This document shows positions 1-10,171 of a stretch of 64,000 nucleotides of DNA, in pieces. A program made the translations under genes and the position numbers. The stretch is taken from contig JAHBAU020000005.1 in the NCBI GenBank assembly GCA_018499905.2, positions 2,136 to 66,135 of the forward strand. Direction: 5' to 3'. Below the pieces are notes generated by a model that saw nothing but the letters and a program-made list of their open reading frames with translations, was not told the origin of the DNA and searched no databases. Positions within the stretch are counted from its first letter, which is position 1; the number at the start of each line of letters is the position of its first letter. This stretch comes from Candidatus Saccharimonadota bacterium. GTDB taxonomy: Bacteria; Patescibacteriota; Saccharimonadia; Saccharimonadales; AQU-01.

Positions 1-286
1 AGGCGTGGTCGGCTTGGCCGTCGGTTTGGCTATAGGTACGCAAGTCGGTGAAATGGTCAAATCAATTGTCAATGGTTTGATCAACCCAATCGTTGGTATG
101 ATCGTTGGTAATCAAGACGGCTTACTGGCTGCAAAGTTTACACTGACAATTGGCGGACGAAGCGGTGACTTTATGTGGGGCTCGGTTTTCTCGGCACTCA
201 TTACGTTGCTTGCTGTGTCGGCGGTTATCTATTATGTTGTGCGCGGTCTCAAGCTCGACAAACTAGATAAGGCCAAGGCTAAATAA
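1..286 (+). CDS. mscL: Large-conductance mechanosensitive channel MscL, C-terminal part (5' end outside window)
   Basis: ORF open to the window edge. It has the TM1-loop-TM2 layout and the GLINPIVGMIVG motif typical of MscL, plus a charged KLDKLDKAKAK tail. Confidence 0.8.
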   Translation, partial: GVVGLAVGLAIGTQVGEMVKSIVNGLINPIVGMIVGNQDGLLAAKFTLTIGGRSGDFMWGSVFSALITLLAVSAVIYYVVRGLKLDKLDKAKAK

Positions 287-600
287 CTAGATCATCTGAA
301 AGTACGTTCAGGTTATTCTCAAGCATACAGACTACACTGCAAGTACTACCTTGGTAGTTTGCACACTAAGTTAAGCTAGAAAACATCATGCGAGCAGGCA
401 AGTAAGCCGCCGGATTGAATGCTTGATAACTTTCTTTAGTGGCAGTAGTCGCGTCAATACATGATTTTGTAGTAACCATTTGAACGCACATAGGGCATAG
501 CTATGTCCTGGTTTATTCAGTGCGCGGTTATTATTAAGCTCCTTGTTGGCGGGGTGGTCAGTCCGTTCACAAAATACAATAAGTAAGAAGGAGAATACCT

Positions 601-1106
601 TGAGTAAATTGACAAAAACATTATTGGTAACCGGTGGTGTACTGGCTGTTGGTGCCAGTAGTCTCATCGGAGTTGGTGCGGTAAGCGCCCAGACTTCATC
701 CGGCACAACCAGCGGCCCAACAGCGTTAATTCAAAAGATAGCACAAAAATTCAACCTCAATGAGGCCGAAGTTAAGGCTGTCTTTGACGAAGAGCATGAA
801 GCGCGCGAAGCCGAACGGCGACAAAATATGGAAGATAGACTAAGCCAGGCTGTTGCTGACGGCAAGATAACAGAAGAGCAGAAAACAACCGTTTTATCCA
901 AGATTGATGAGCTAGATACTTTTCGCGATAGCTTGTCTGATAAAACGGACGAAGAACGCCGAGAAGCCATGAAATCCAAGATGGATGAGCTGATGACTTG
1001 GGCTGATGAAAACGATATCCCTATCAGCTATTTGCGGATGGGTGGGCCACGAGGTGGGCACGGTGGCGGTATGGGTAATATGGCCCCGCCCGCTGACCAA
1101 GAGTAG
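601..1106 (+). CDS. Secreted hypothetical protein with Gly-rich C-terminus
   Basis: TTG start 7 nt after AAGGAG (589-594). Signal-peptide-like LLVTGGVLAVGASSLIGVGAVSAQ, charged helical middle, GGPRGGHGGGMGNM tail. Confidence 0.55.
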
Positions 1107-1244
1107 CCCCTAGTTGGTCGGCTTGGTCCGCACTGCCAGCCTCCTCAGTTAGCCACACGCATATCTGAACTTTCAGACGGCTGTGGCTAACTGCATTGCT
1201 ATGGCGAGAGTTGACGGCCTATACTTAGGCGAGAGCATTATATT

Positions 1245-3056
1245 ATGAAAGACCAGCAAGGCAATGAAATAGTCGTCACAGTTGGTACCGACCAGCCAAC
1301 TGCCGATGCAAATAACCTGATCGTACCCACCACCGCTGAGCGGGTAAGTCGCTTGGTAAAATTCAAAGCACTCTTGCATATTTTCTGGGTAAGAAAGAAG
1401 ATCTCTATTCCGGTGCTAATACTCGCTACGCTTCTCTTGCTTGCGACCGTACCATTCACGCGCTACCAGATCTTTGGATTATTTCTAAAACAAGATTATG
1501 CAGTGAAAGTAACTGACAGTATCACCGGCAAGCCAATCAGCAGCGCTAAGGTCACGCTTGGGTCGATGTCAGAAACGACAGATGCGAATGGCGAGACAAC
1601 ACTCAAAACCAAAGTGGGTAATCAAAAACTGACTATCGAAAAGAATTATTATGAAGCTAGTTCGCAGTCGGTGACAGTGCCACTAACCAAGAAGGCAGGC
1701 GTTTTCAGGCAAGTGTCACTCAAAGCAACCGGACGACAGGTACCTGTCAGTGTCAGTAATCGTCTGACAGGCCAGCCAATAAAGAATATAACTGTTAAAG
1801 CAGCCGATACCGAAGCAGTGAGTGGTGAGGACGGCATGGCTGTCGTAGTGCTACCAGCCGGGCAGGATAGCTTTGAGGCTGAATTATCTGGCGAGGGCAT
1901 CAACCCCATGAAAGTAAATATTGTTGTTAGTGAAGAGCTAAAGCCGGAGAATCAATTTTCGGTTACCCCAATTGGCAAAGTCTACTTCTTATCTAAACAA
2001 TCTGGCAAAATAGACGTCGTAAAAACCGATTTAGACGGGTCCAATCGGCAGACGGTGCTTGCGGGTACAGGCAAAGAGGACGAAAATGAAACCGTCTTGC
2101 TGGCGGCCCGTGATTGGAAATACTTAGCTCTTTACTCCAAGCGCGATGGCGGCAAGTACGCCAAACTCTTCCTAATTGATACGCAGAAAAATGACGAGCT
2201 AGTCGTTATTGATGAGGGTGAGGCGCAATTCACCCTCTATGGATGGGCCGACCACCATTTTGCCTACAAAGTTGAGCGCTACAATGTGCAAAGCTGGGTT
2301 ATTAAAAAACACGCGCTCAAAGCATACGACGCAGATGGTCGTAAAATCGTGTTACTGGATGAAACACAGGCATTTGGTGATGCCCAAAACTACATAGATG
2401 AACAATACCAATGGGCCCATCTGATGGGAAAACAGCTGGTGTTCTTCAGGGCTTGGACTAGTCATAAAAACTTTTACACTACAATTTTCCCTGAGCTATC
2501 AGTCAAGCAGTCGAAAGTTGTCAGTATTGATGTAGATGGCTCAAATCGTAGAGACCTAAAGACCTACGATATTGCAGAATCTATCAGTGGTGCCACTACG
2601 TACTATCAGCCATACAGTTCTTACCAAAGCGTGATATACGAGCCCGGTGAGCTATTCTTTTTGTTGAGTAGCAATAACGCTGACACGCGGTACTTTAAAG
2701 TTTTTGGCGGTAAGATTGAGGAAGATATGGAGGCCAAGGACTTCTTCCAAAGTGGCAAGGCCTATCCAACCTACCTGGCTTCGCCGGACGGTAGTAAAAC
2801 TTTTTGGGTGGAATCCAGGGATGGGAAAAATACTTTGTTTATCGGCGATGCGAATGGCGCAAATGAACGGGAGATTGCCAAACTAAGCGAACTTACACAG
2901 TACGGATGGTTTACCGAAGAGTATTTGTTAGTTTCTAAAAATAGCAGTGAACTTTTCATCCTACCTGTCGCGGGCGGCCAGCCAATAAAGGTGAGCGATT
3001 ATCACAAGCCTGCCTATAATTATTATGGTTATGGTGGTGGCTACGGTGGCATCTAA
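1245..3056 (+). CDS. Membrane-anchored surface protein, carboxypeptidase-regulatory-like Ig domains plus PD40/TolB-like beta-propeller repeats
   Basis: 603-aa ORF with one N-terminal TM helix. It has VKVTDSITGKPISSAKVTL-type CarboxypepD_reg repeats and the PD40-like SPDGSKTFWVESRDGKNTLF motif. Paralogue of 3461..5353. Confidence 0.6.
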   Translation: MKDQQGNEIVVTVGTDQPTADANNLIVPTTAERVSRLVKFKALLHIFWVRKKISIPVLILATLLLLATVPFTRYQIFGLFLKQDYAVKVTDSITGKPISSAKVTLGSMSETTDANGETTLKTKVGNQKLTIEKNYYEASSQSVTVPLTKKAGVFRQVSLKATGRQVPVSVSNRLTGQPIKNITVKAADTEAVSGEDGMAVVVLPAGQDSFEAELSGEGINPMKVNIVVSEELKPENQFSVTPIGKVYFLSKQSGKIDVVKTDLDGSNRQTVLAGTGKEDENETVLLAARDWKYLALYSKRDGGKYAKLFLIDTQKNDELVVIDEGEAQFTLYGWADHHFAYKVERYNVQSWVIKKHALKAYDADGRKIVLLDETQAFGDAQNYIDEQYQWAHLMGKQLVFFRAWTSHKNFYTTIFPELSVKQSKVVSIDVDGSNRRDLKTYDIAESISGATTYYQPYSSYQSVIYEPGELFFLLSSNNADTRYFKVFGGKIEEDMEAKDFFQSGKAYPTYLASPDGSKTFWVESRDGKNTLFIGDANGANEREIAKLSELTQYGWFTEEYLLVSKNSSELFILPVAGGQPIKVSDYHKPAYNYYGYGGGYGGI

Positions 3057-3097
3057 AGCGGTTCCAGCCTGAAAATGCTCATGTATACTAGAGGGGC

Positions 3098-3457
3098 ATG
3101 GATAACAAACCAGCCTCGACAGGCACACAACTTTCGAATACGGGCAATCCTCAGGACATTGGTGGCCAAAATATAACTGCACCCAAAACCGACCTGCAAA
3201 CGACGCTGACCCAGAGTAGTAACAGTACAAATTTCAATATCACGAGTGTTGGGGACAGTACTTTTAAGCCTTTTGAGGCATCCACAACTACGTCATCATC
3301 GTTAGGGGCAGAGCTTGACGGTACCGTACCAACGCCTGTTAAAGGGACAAATTTTATGCTGGTAGCCGGTGTTGCCATCATTGTCCTACTTCTTTGTGCC
3401 CTCACGACCTGGGTTTTGTATAAGGATTCCCAAAAAAGACTTATAAAGCGAGCTTAG
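3098..3457 (+). CDS. Small tail-anchored membrane protein, hypothetical
   Basis: 119-aa ORF between the two paralogues. Ser/Thr/Asn-rich N-terminal part with a single C-terminal TM (FMLVAGVAIIVLLLCALTTWVLY). AGAGGGG lies upstream of the ATG. Confidence 0.45.
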   Translation: MDNKPASTGTQLSNTGNPQDIGGQNITAPKTDLQTTLTQSSNSTNFNITSVGDSTFKPFEASTTTSSSLGAELDGTVPTPVKGTNFMLVAGVAIIVLLLCALTTWVLYKDSQKRLIKRA

Positions 3458-3460
3458 GCA

Positions 3461-5353
3461 ATGAAACGAAAACAGTCGATAGAGCAGTTACCAGACTCAC
3501 CAATTCAAGAGCAGCTTGAAGCAAAAGTGCGGGAAATGCTGGGCCCTGACTATACCAGTGCGCCACCGACTCTAGACAAGCCCGCTGAATTGCAGGCCGC
3601 GGAAGATGATCAGCAGGTAGTAGCGCCAGAGACCGACCAACCAGAAGACCGGATAGCTGAAGATATTGAAGAACCCGAAGACGCTGCGACACAGCGTGCA
3701 GTTCACGAAATTGAATTGAGCGAAAGCGATCGAATTCTGGAAGCTGAGGATAAAGAGATTGAAGCGGCATTTGAGCCAGAAAAATTGTCGTTTGGGAATC
3801 GAATAAAACAATTCTTTAGTCGATGGTGGCGCAGCCCGATAAAACGTAATACTACCCTCGCAGTAGTGCTGTTCGGTCTAGCTGCCGTTGCTGTAGTACC
3901 GGCCGGACGATATTTTGTATTAAATACCGTCGGTGTCCGCGCATCGTCGAGTATGACTGTTATTGATGCTGCTAGCCAGCAGCCTATCAAAAACGCCACA
4001 GTGGCAATTATGGGTGTTTCTGGCCAGACCGACAGCGAGGGCCGAGTAACGCTCAGTTCTTTGCGCTTAGGGCCGGCTGATCTGACGGTCAATAAGCGGG
4101 CCTACGCCCAGATCACTAAACGTATTACCGTCGGCTGGGGGAGTAACCCGCTCGACAGCCTGCAACTGGTGGCTTCTGGAGAACAGTTTACGTTTGTTGT
4201 CACCGACTATCTTTCCGGAAAGCCTGTCAGTGATGCCGAAGCTAGTGTTGGCGGCTCAGACGCTAGTGCTGATAACGAAGGACGAATTTTATTGGCTACC
4301 GAACCTGGTGATGATGCTTCAGAAGTGACAATCTCTGCCAAAAATTATCGCAGTGAAAAAGTGAAGCTAGGCGATGATATTAAGGCCGAAGTCTCAGTGA
4401 AGATGGTGCCGGCACGTAAAAGCGTGTTCGTGTCCAAGCGTAATGGCAAATATGATCTGTATAAAATCGATGTTGACGGCCAAAATGAAAAGCTGGTTTT
4501 GGCCGGTAGCGGGGTTGAGCGGTCCGACATGGCGCTCGTCAGCCATCCCACAGATGAAGTTGTCGCCTTTGTTTCCACGCGCGAAAACATCCGAAACTCT
4601 GACGGCTATCTCCTCAGCACGTTGACAGTTGTTGACCTGTCCAATGACTCAACCCAAAAAGCTGCCCAAGCCGAACGAATTGAAGTCTTGGGTTGGTCGG
4701 GATCAAAGCTCTACTATGTTCAAACTGTTGCTGGTGCCAGTGCCGGCAATCCAGAGCGACAAAAAATCGTTAGCTATGATTATAAAGACAGCAAATCGGC
4801 AACTATCACAACCGCAAATTACTTTAACGACCATGTGCTTGTCGGCGACAGTCTGTACTATGCGGCCTCGGCGGCATTTAATCCTGACAAAGCTGGTTTA
4901 TACAAGGTCGGTACATCCGGTTCTGCGCAACAGCTGCAGCCCAAAGAAGTATATGGGATTTACCGGATGGCCTATGACCGGCTATCGTTTGTAACCGATA
5001 ATAACGCGTGGTATGAAACCGTTCTTGGCCAGTCTTCGTCGTCCAAATTAACCGGGGTACCCGCCAATCCAGTTCTCAGAGTCTATACCGATAGTCCTGA
5101 TGGCTCAAAGAGCGTTTGGGTCGACCAACGAGACGGCAAGGGCGTGCTGCTTTCATATAACAAAGCATCCAAAGAGGACACGATTATTCAGAACCTTGGT
5201 GGCTTACGAGGCCCGGTTCGTTGGTTGAGTGACAAAGTACTGGTGTATAGAATTGCCGATGGGTCAGAGATTGCTGACTACGCTTTCAATATCGAAGGCG
5301 GTGAACCAAAGAAAATCCGTGACGTTACTTTGACAAACGGTGCGGGCGACTAG
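3461..5353 (+). CDS. Membrane-anchored surface protein, paralogue of 1245..3056 (CarboxypepD_reg-like plus PD40-like repeats)
   Basis: 630-aa ORF with an acidic N-terminus, then a TM helix, then IDAASQQPIKNATVAI-type repeats. SPDGSKSVWVDQRDGKGVLL is colinear with the upstream paralogue. Confidence 0.6.
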   Translation: MKRKQSIEQLPDSPIQEQLEAKVREMLGPDYTSAPPTLDKPAELQAAEDDQQVVAPETDQPEDRIAEDIEEPEDAATQRAVHEIELSESDRILEAEDKEIEAAFEPEKLSFGNRIKQFFSRWWRSPIKRNTTLAVVLFGLAAVAVVPAGRYFVLNTVGVRASSSMTVIDAASQQPIKNATVAIMGVSGQTDSEGRVTLSSLRLGPADLTVNKRAYAQITKRITVGWGSNPLDSLQLVASGEQFTFVVTDYLSGKPVSDAEASVGGSDASADNEGRILLATEPGDDASEVTISAKNYRSEKVKLGDDIKAEVSVKMVPARKSVFVSKRNGKYDLYKIDVDGQNEKLVLAGSGVERSDMALVSHPTDEVVAFVSTRENIRNSDGYLLSTLTVVDLSNDSTQKAAQAERIEVLGWSGSKLYYVQTVAGASAGNPERQKIVSYDYKDSKSATITTANYFNDHVLVGDSLYYAASAAFNPDKAGLYKVGTSGSAQQLQPKEVYGIYRMAYDRLSFVTDNNAWYETVLGQSSSSKLTGVPANPVLRVYTDSPDGSKSVWVDQRDGKGVLLSYNKASKEDTIIQNLGGLRGPVRWLSDKVLVYRIADGSEIADYAFNIEGGEPKKIRDVTLTNGAGD

Positions 5354-6218
5354 CAGATTTTTTTGCGTCTGCCATGTCGGGAGTAATCTCACAAATAGTA
5401 AGCTTGCCATCTGATTTTAATCGACCTCGAAACACGCGATTGCGAAGCCAATAAGGTTCGGTCGAGGCGTCAACTTGACGGACTTTTTGGACCAAGCCAG
5501 TCGCTTTCAACGACGAAGTAATAAGGTCGCGCTCCTTATCGGTATTTTCATGAATCATATGGGTCAACTGGGCGTTGTGTCGAATTATGCCAATGCCAAT
5601 GTCTAGTGATGCGGCTCCAACCCAAAGAACCCGACCATCGAGTAAGTTTGATCGTTGAAAATTATCCCAAAACGATAAATGATCAAGATGCCGCGGGTCA
5701 CCTGTATGGCTGGCAGCCCAGAAGCGAACATGGTGTCGATGCCGCGGGGAACCGCCCACCGGCATTTCAAAACCTATATCCTGGTTTCTGCCGAATAAAT
5801 ACAAATTGCTGAACGGCGCGTTGACGTAGGACTTATTCTGAATGAGTGCTACAAAAAGTTTTAAAATCGTCCGAGGTGTCCGCCGGTCGGCCACAAACCA
5901 ACCGGCTTTGCCCATGGCGACTATTAACTCTTCTCTGGTGGCATAGACGCCGATATTAACTGGGTCACTGGCAAACCCATCGGGGGTTGTGCAGTAGTAT
6001 GGCAGGTGTTTGGGAGGGGCTATGAGCCTAATAAAACGAATAACTGTGGGAATAAATATATAAGCAATCAAAATGTAGGTTGCAAAAATAGCCGCCGGTT
6101 CAAATGGCAGTAAATCGCTGACTTCAGGAAAAACGTTCTTGAGCGCCAGGTAGGTCACAATGACACCCGGCACCAGAACACTTACCCGCTTTAGTAGTCG
6201 GATGATGAAAGTTACCAT
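5325..6218 (-). CDS. LssY C-terminal domain-like membrane protein
   Basis: 297-aa ORF with two N-terminal TM helices. The motif LYLFGRNQDIGFEMPVGGSPRHRHHVRFW resembles the LssY_C family. Family assignment is from memory only. Confidence 0.5.
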   Translation of the reverse strand: MVTFIIRLLKRVSVLVPGVIVTYLALKNVFPEVSDLLPFEPAAIFATYILIAYIFIPTVIRFIRLIAPPKHLPYYCTTPDGFASDPVNIGVYATREELIVAMGKAGWFVADRRTPRTILKLFVALIQNKSYVNAPFSNLYLFGRNQDIGFEMPVGGSPRHRHHVRFWAASHTGDPRHLDHLSFWDNFQRSNLLDGRVLWVGAASLDIGIGIIRHNAQLTHMIHENTDKERDLITSSLKATGLVQKVRQVDASTEPYWLRNRVFRGRLKSDGKLTICEITPDMADAKKSASRPHRLSK

Positions 6219-6336
6219 AATTTCTCGCTATAAGCATACTCTGTAGCGCATCTTCTGAACAGTCGTGAACGCCAAGCCCTATAGAAGCTTATGGTAAAAT
6301 GAGCTTAGAAGTAGTTAAAAAGGATATGACACCGTC

Positions 6337-7014
6337 ATGAGAAAACGATTATCGCTCATCATATGCAGTATCTCTGTGCTTGCGACATTTGCTGCCGTGC
6401 CTGTAGTGGTTGCTGAAACCACAACCGAACAGAGTACTGACACGACGACCGCCACACAAAAAGAAGCTTTGCGCGAAAGGCTTGAAAAAAAGAAAGCCGA
6501 ACTGAGTATAAAATTAGGCGAGGCCGAAAAGCAGCGCATCACCAGTCGTTGCTCCTCGGCACAGGGTAAAGTGAAGTCACTCAGCGAGAACGTGAGCGGC
6601 AGGGGTACGGTACGACAACAAGCCTACGCTAAATTAGTTGAAAAACTTGAAGCGCTTGTGCCAAAACTACAAGCTAAAGGTGTTGATACCGCAACGCTAG
6701 AGACGCAAATAAGCAGTCTAAAAGAAAAGATTGCTAAATTTGATGCCGACCTGAGTCTGTACCGTGATAGCATCACCGATCTAAAAGAAGTTGACTGCAC
6801 GACTGACCCAGAAGCTTTCCAAGCAGCCCTACAGGCAGCCCGCACTTTACGTGATGCGCTTGTAGACGATGCGCTTGATATTCGAACCTATGTCAACAAC
6901 ACCATCAAAGAGACTATTAAATCAATTCGTCAGCAACTAAGCGCTCAAGAGTCGACGACCTCAGAGCCCACGACAGCACCTAATGCAACTAACCAAACTG
7001 AAGGGACAAACTAA
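6337..7014 (+). CDS. Secreted coiled-coil protein, hypothetical
   Basis: AAAGGA RBS, signal peptide LIICSISVLATFAAVPVVVA, and long heptad-like charged helices. Confidence 0.6.
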   Translation: MRKRLSLIICSISVLATFAAVPVVVAETTTEQSTDTTTATQKEALRERLEKKKAELSIKLGEAEKQRITSRCSSAQGKVKSLSENVSGRGTVRQQAYAKLVEKLEALVPKLQAKGVDTATLETQISSLKEKIAKFDADLSLYRDSITDLKEVDCTTDPEAFQAALQAARTLRDALVDDALDIRTYVNNTIKETIKSIRQQLSAQESTTSEPTTAPNATNQTEGTN

Positions 7015-7016
7015 TC

Positions 7017-7571
7017 ATGGAAGAGCCAAAGGCAACTGCAGATACAAATGGTGCATCCAGCACGACACAGCCAAGCATGAACGATGTCAAACCACCAGAA
7101 CCAAAATCGGTTCCTGAAGTACCTGATGCGGTCAAAGAGACGATGACATCATCAAATGAATCCGAGCCAGCAGTAGTCCCAGCCATGAGTGAACCACCTG
7201 CCGAAGAACCAAGTTCCGAGTCTGTCGATTCGTCTGCAAAACCGTCCTCACCCGTACCAGAAATCACCGAATCTGTACCGGCTGCTGTCAAACCGGCCAG
7301 GAAGTCCAGTAGCACGAGGATCATGGTGGCAGTAATTATCGCGGTTGTGCTTATTGCCGCTGCAGTATACGTTTATATGACTTCGAACTCAGCTGACACT
7401 GCGAAGACGACCAAAACAGATACAGATACGACTCAAACTGCTCAAACACAGCCTGCTAGTGTGAGTGACGTCGATCAAGCAGCTACGGAGGTTGACGAGG
7501 CTTTAACAGCTGCCGATGCAGCCCAAGACGTGAGTTCAGAAGATCTGAGCGATACAGCCTTAGGTCTATAG
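7017..7571 (+). CDS. Pro/Ser/Glu-rich single-pass membrane protein, hypothetical
   Basis: Starts 2 nt after the upstream stop. Central TM MVAVIIAVVLIAAAVYVYM flanked by low-complexity acidic regions. Confidence 0.55.
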   Translation: MEEPKATADTNGASSTTQPSMNDVKPPEPKSVPEVPDAVKETMTSSNESEPAVVPAMSEPPAEEPSSESVDSSAKPSSPVPEITESVPAAVKPARKSSSTRIMVAVIIAVVLIAAAVYVYMTSNSADTAKTTKTDTDTTQTAQTQPASVSDVDQAATEVDEALTAADAAQDVSSEDLSDTALGL

Positions 7572-8096
7572 CGAGCGTAAAGATTTTTTATAAAAATCTG
7601 CACATTTTTGTAACTCTAAAGCAAAGCTCGGGATAAAGTCTTGTGGCCGGTCTTTCGCCTCTGCTTCCAGCTCGTCAATTGGGAAAACTGCGACGCTCTC
7701 AACTTCATGATTATGTGCGGTATCAGGCTCAGCTACACCAATATACAGGTGCGAATATCGGCAACGAGTCAAACTACCGGTCTCATCGGGGAACGAGTTC
7801 ATGAACCGCTCGACAAAATGAAGCTGACACCGAATACCAATCTCTTCAAATAACTCGCGTTCAGCAGCCGCCAAAGCATCCTCACCGCTCGATAAGCCGC
7901 CACAGGCCGAGACATCCCAAAGTCCTGGATAATGTTTTTTTGTTTGAGCCCGTTTTTGAATAATGACTTTGTTGTCTGGGGTAAATACGAAAATTATGGC
8001 ATTTGGCGTAGTGTAGTTCTTGTCTTCGGCCTCCTCGCGAGTACATTGACCAATTATCTGGCCGTTCTGATCATAATAGTCGACTAGTTCATCCAT
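7566..8096 (-). CDS. NUDIX hydrolase (IPP-isomerase-like subgroup)
   Basis: NUDIX box GGLSSGEDALAAAERELFEEIGI. Confidence 0.8.
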   Translation of the reverse strand: MDELVDYYDQNGQIIGQCTREEAEDKNYTTPNAIIFVFTPDNKVIIQKRAQTKKHYPGLWDVSACGGLSSGEDALAAAERELFEEIGIRCQLHFVERFMNSFPDETGSLTRCRYSHLYIGVAEPDTAHNHEVESVAVFPIDELEAEAKDRPQDFIPSFALELQKCADFYKKSLRSL

Positions 8097-8102
8097 GATG
8101 GT

Positions 8103-9389
8103 TTAGTGCCTGTCCTCCGCGGTTTTGACGTGCTGTCTGGCCCATTCGTCCAAACTCCCGCCACCACCGGCGCTTATGAGTAACACGAGACTGCCGTTCT
8201 TGGCGGCCTGGGTAATATCGGCCCACAACGACTCATCCAGGACGGCCGCCTTGCCAGTAACCCCGGTACGTTCAATAAGCTGAGCAGGGGAAAGCAACTC
8301 TAGTTTTGGGTCTTCGCGGGCCAGGTAGCTTGGTACCCAAATCAGCTCACGAATGTTCGCGAACAAACCATCAAATTGGCCACGCTCTAGCATAAAGTGC
8401 TGACGGGTGTTATGCAGGCCTTCGTAAACTACCACAATGTTGTCACCGGCCACCTCATGCGCAGTTTGAAGGGCGCCACGGATCTTTTCCATGGTGTGAG
8501 CGTAGTCGGTATAGATGTTTTCGGCCAGCCTTTCAAAACGGCGAGACAGGCCAGGGAAGCGGTTCATGATCTCGACCAGCCTTAATTCATCATAATCGCT
8601 GAGCTGCTGAACGGCGCGAATAACTTGCCAGGCGTTCTGCCGGTTGACTAGCCCAATGAGCTTGAGCTGCGGCGCCACGTCATTTTCATGTAACAAAACT
8701 AGTTTTTGAGGCTTAGCGTCGAGACCATCTTCATCCCAAGCAACCGACACCTGACAGCTATGTATAAACTGCACAAAGGCAGCGGTGTAGTCCTCTTGAG
8801 TAGGGTAGACGTCCTGATGATCGTAACTAACGCCGGTAATAACGCCCATATATGGGGTAAAGCTCAAGAAATTTCGATCATACTCGTCGGCTTCATAAAC
8901 AAAATATTCAGCTGCAGGGTTAAACTCGCCCATTTCACCAAAAGGAAGCTTGGCGCCGACGGAGTAGCTTAAACTCAGCCCAAGCTCTTTGAGCAGCCAA
9001 ATCATCATCGCTGTGGTAGTAGATTTGCCATGTGTCCCGGCTATGGCAATAAGCTTTTGTCCAGTTTGTTCTAGCAGCTCATTTAAGAATTCATCGCGCT
9101 TGGTCGCCTTTATGCCTAATTCCTTGGCTTTGAGCAGTTCTGGGTGCTGTGGGTTTTCTTTTGGCAGGGCTGACGAATACACTAGCCAGTCGATCGGCTG
9201 CTTACGATGGGCCTCGGCAAGTTCTTCACCAGTCTGACCTATAGCAATGGTAATGCCAGCCTTTTTGTATAGGTACTCAGTATAGCTGCTGGATTGTTTG
9301 TCGGAGCCTGACACATCGAAGCCGGCTTGCTTGGCAATAAGTGCTAACGGCCCGGTTCCGGCGCCAATCCCGGCAAAATAAACATGCAT
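8103..9389 (-). CDS. Mur ligase family protein (MurC/Mpl-like UDP-N-acetylmuramate-amino acid ligase)
   Basis: N-terminal Rossmann MHVYFAGIGAGTGPLALIAKQAGFDVSGSD and ATP site AIAGTHGKSTTTAMM. Start chosen at the internal ATG (M20 of the track ORF). Confidence 0.75.
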   Translation of the reverse strand: MHVYFAGIGAGTGPLALIAKQAGFDVSGSDKQSSSYTEYLYKKAGITIAIGQTGEELAEAHRKQPIDWLVYSSALPKENPQHPELLKAKELGIKATKRDEFLNELLEQTGQKLIAIAGTHGKSTTTAMMIWLLKELGLSLSYSVGAKLPFGEMGEFNPAAEYFVYEADEYDRNFLSFTPYMGVITGVSYDHQDVYPTQEDYTAAFVQFIHSCQVSVAWDEDGLDAKPQKLVLLHENDVAPQLKLIGLVNRQNAWQVIRAVQQLSDYDELRLVEIMNRFPGLSRRFERLAENIYTDYAHTMEKIRGALQTAHEVAGDNIVVVYEGLHNTRQHFMLERGQFDGLFANIRELIWVPSYLAREDPKLELLSPAQLIERTGVTGKAAVLDESLWADITQAAKNGSLVLLISAGGGGSLDEWARQHVKTAEDRH

Positions 9390-9469
9390 AGAATATAGTG
9401 TACCGGTTTTTTTGAACAAACTGAAAAGATGGCTGCTGGCTGGCAAGTTGCTCTATAATCATAATCAAG

Positions 9470-10081
9470 ATGCAGCTGCTAACCACAAAAGAGGCAGGAT
9501 ACTACGAGCGACGGCTAAACAAAATTAATCCGTGGTATTTTTTGGCTGCAGCCGCCTGCTCAGCAGGGGTGTCTGTGTATGCCCTACGCCAAAATAACCT
9601 GACCATGCTCCGCCTGAAGGAGCAAGTAGCTATCGTCGATCAGCAAAACGGTGATATCGAGGGCGCGCTGCGTGACCTGCGCGAACACGTTTACGGCCAT
9701 ATGAACACAAACATATCGAGTGGGGCTAACCCCATAAAGCCGCCAATTCAGCTCAAATATGAGTACGAGCGGCTGGTGGCGTCCGAAAAAGAACGCGTCA
9801 GTACCGAAACCGCCAAAATTTACACCGAGGGGCAAGCAGTCTGCGAGGCACAGTATCCAAATAGTTTTTCTGGTGGCCCACGGGTTCCTTGTGTCGAGTC
9901 TTATGTCGGTAGCCGAAAAGTGACAGAGAAACCGATACCAGACAGTCTATACAAGTTTGACTTTGTTTCACCAGCCTGGACGCCAGACGTCGCTGGTATA
10001 AGCATGGTGCTTTCCGCCATTCTGTTATCACTGTTTGTGCTGCGCTTTGGCGCAGAGCGTTGGCTGAAGTCACAACTGTAG
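9470..10081 (+). CDS. Hypothetical membrane protein (N- and C-terminal TM helices)
   Basis: 203-aa ORF with TM helices near both ends. No recognisable catalytic motif. Confidence 0.5.
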   Translation: MQLLTTKEAGYYERRLNKINPWYFLAAAACSAGVSVYALRQNNLTMLRLKEQVAIVDQQNGDIEGALRDLREHVYGHMNTNISSGANPIKPPIQLKYEYERLVASEKERVSTETAKIYTEGQAVCEAQYPNSFSGGPRVPCVESYVGSRKVTEKPIPDSLYKFDFVSPAWTPDVAGISMVLSAILLSLFVLRFGAERWLKSQL

Positions 10082-10118
10082 TCCCTAATCATAAATCAAA
10101 AGTACTAGGCCCGAAATA

Positions 10119-10153
10119 TAAAGAAACCCCGTGGTTGCCCTGGGGGTTTCTTT
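10119..10153. terminator. Bidirectional intrinsic terminator between convergent genes
   Basis: AAAGAAACCCC...GGGGTTTCTTT: 10-bp GC-cored stem with A/T runs on both sides. Confidence 0.65.
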
Positions 10154-10171
10154 AGGTCTAACAGTAACGGT

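Noticed and set aside
496-505. CATAGCTATG palindrome in the 300-nt gap upstream of 601..1106
   Set aside because: A 10-bp palindrome alone in an AT-balanced intergenic region is within chance expectation. No second copy and no adjacent regulator.
1148-1191. 10-bp stem GTTAGCCACA/TGTGGCTAAC with a 24-nt loop after the 601..1106 gene
   Set aside because: It may act as a terminator, but the loop is large and there is no T-run. Too weak to list as a feature.
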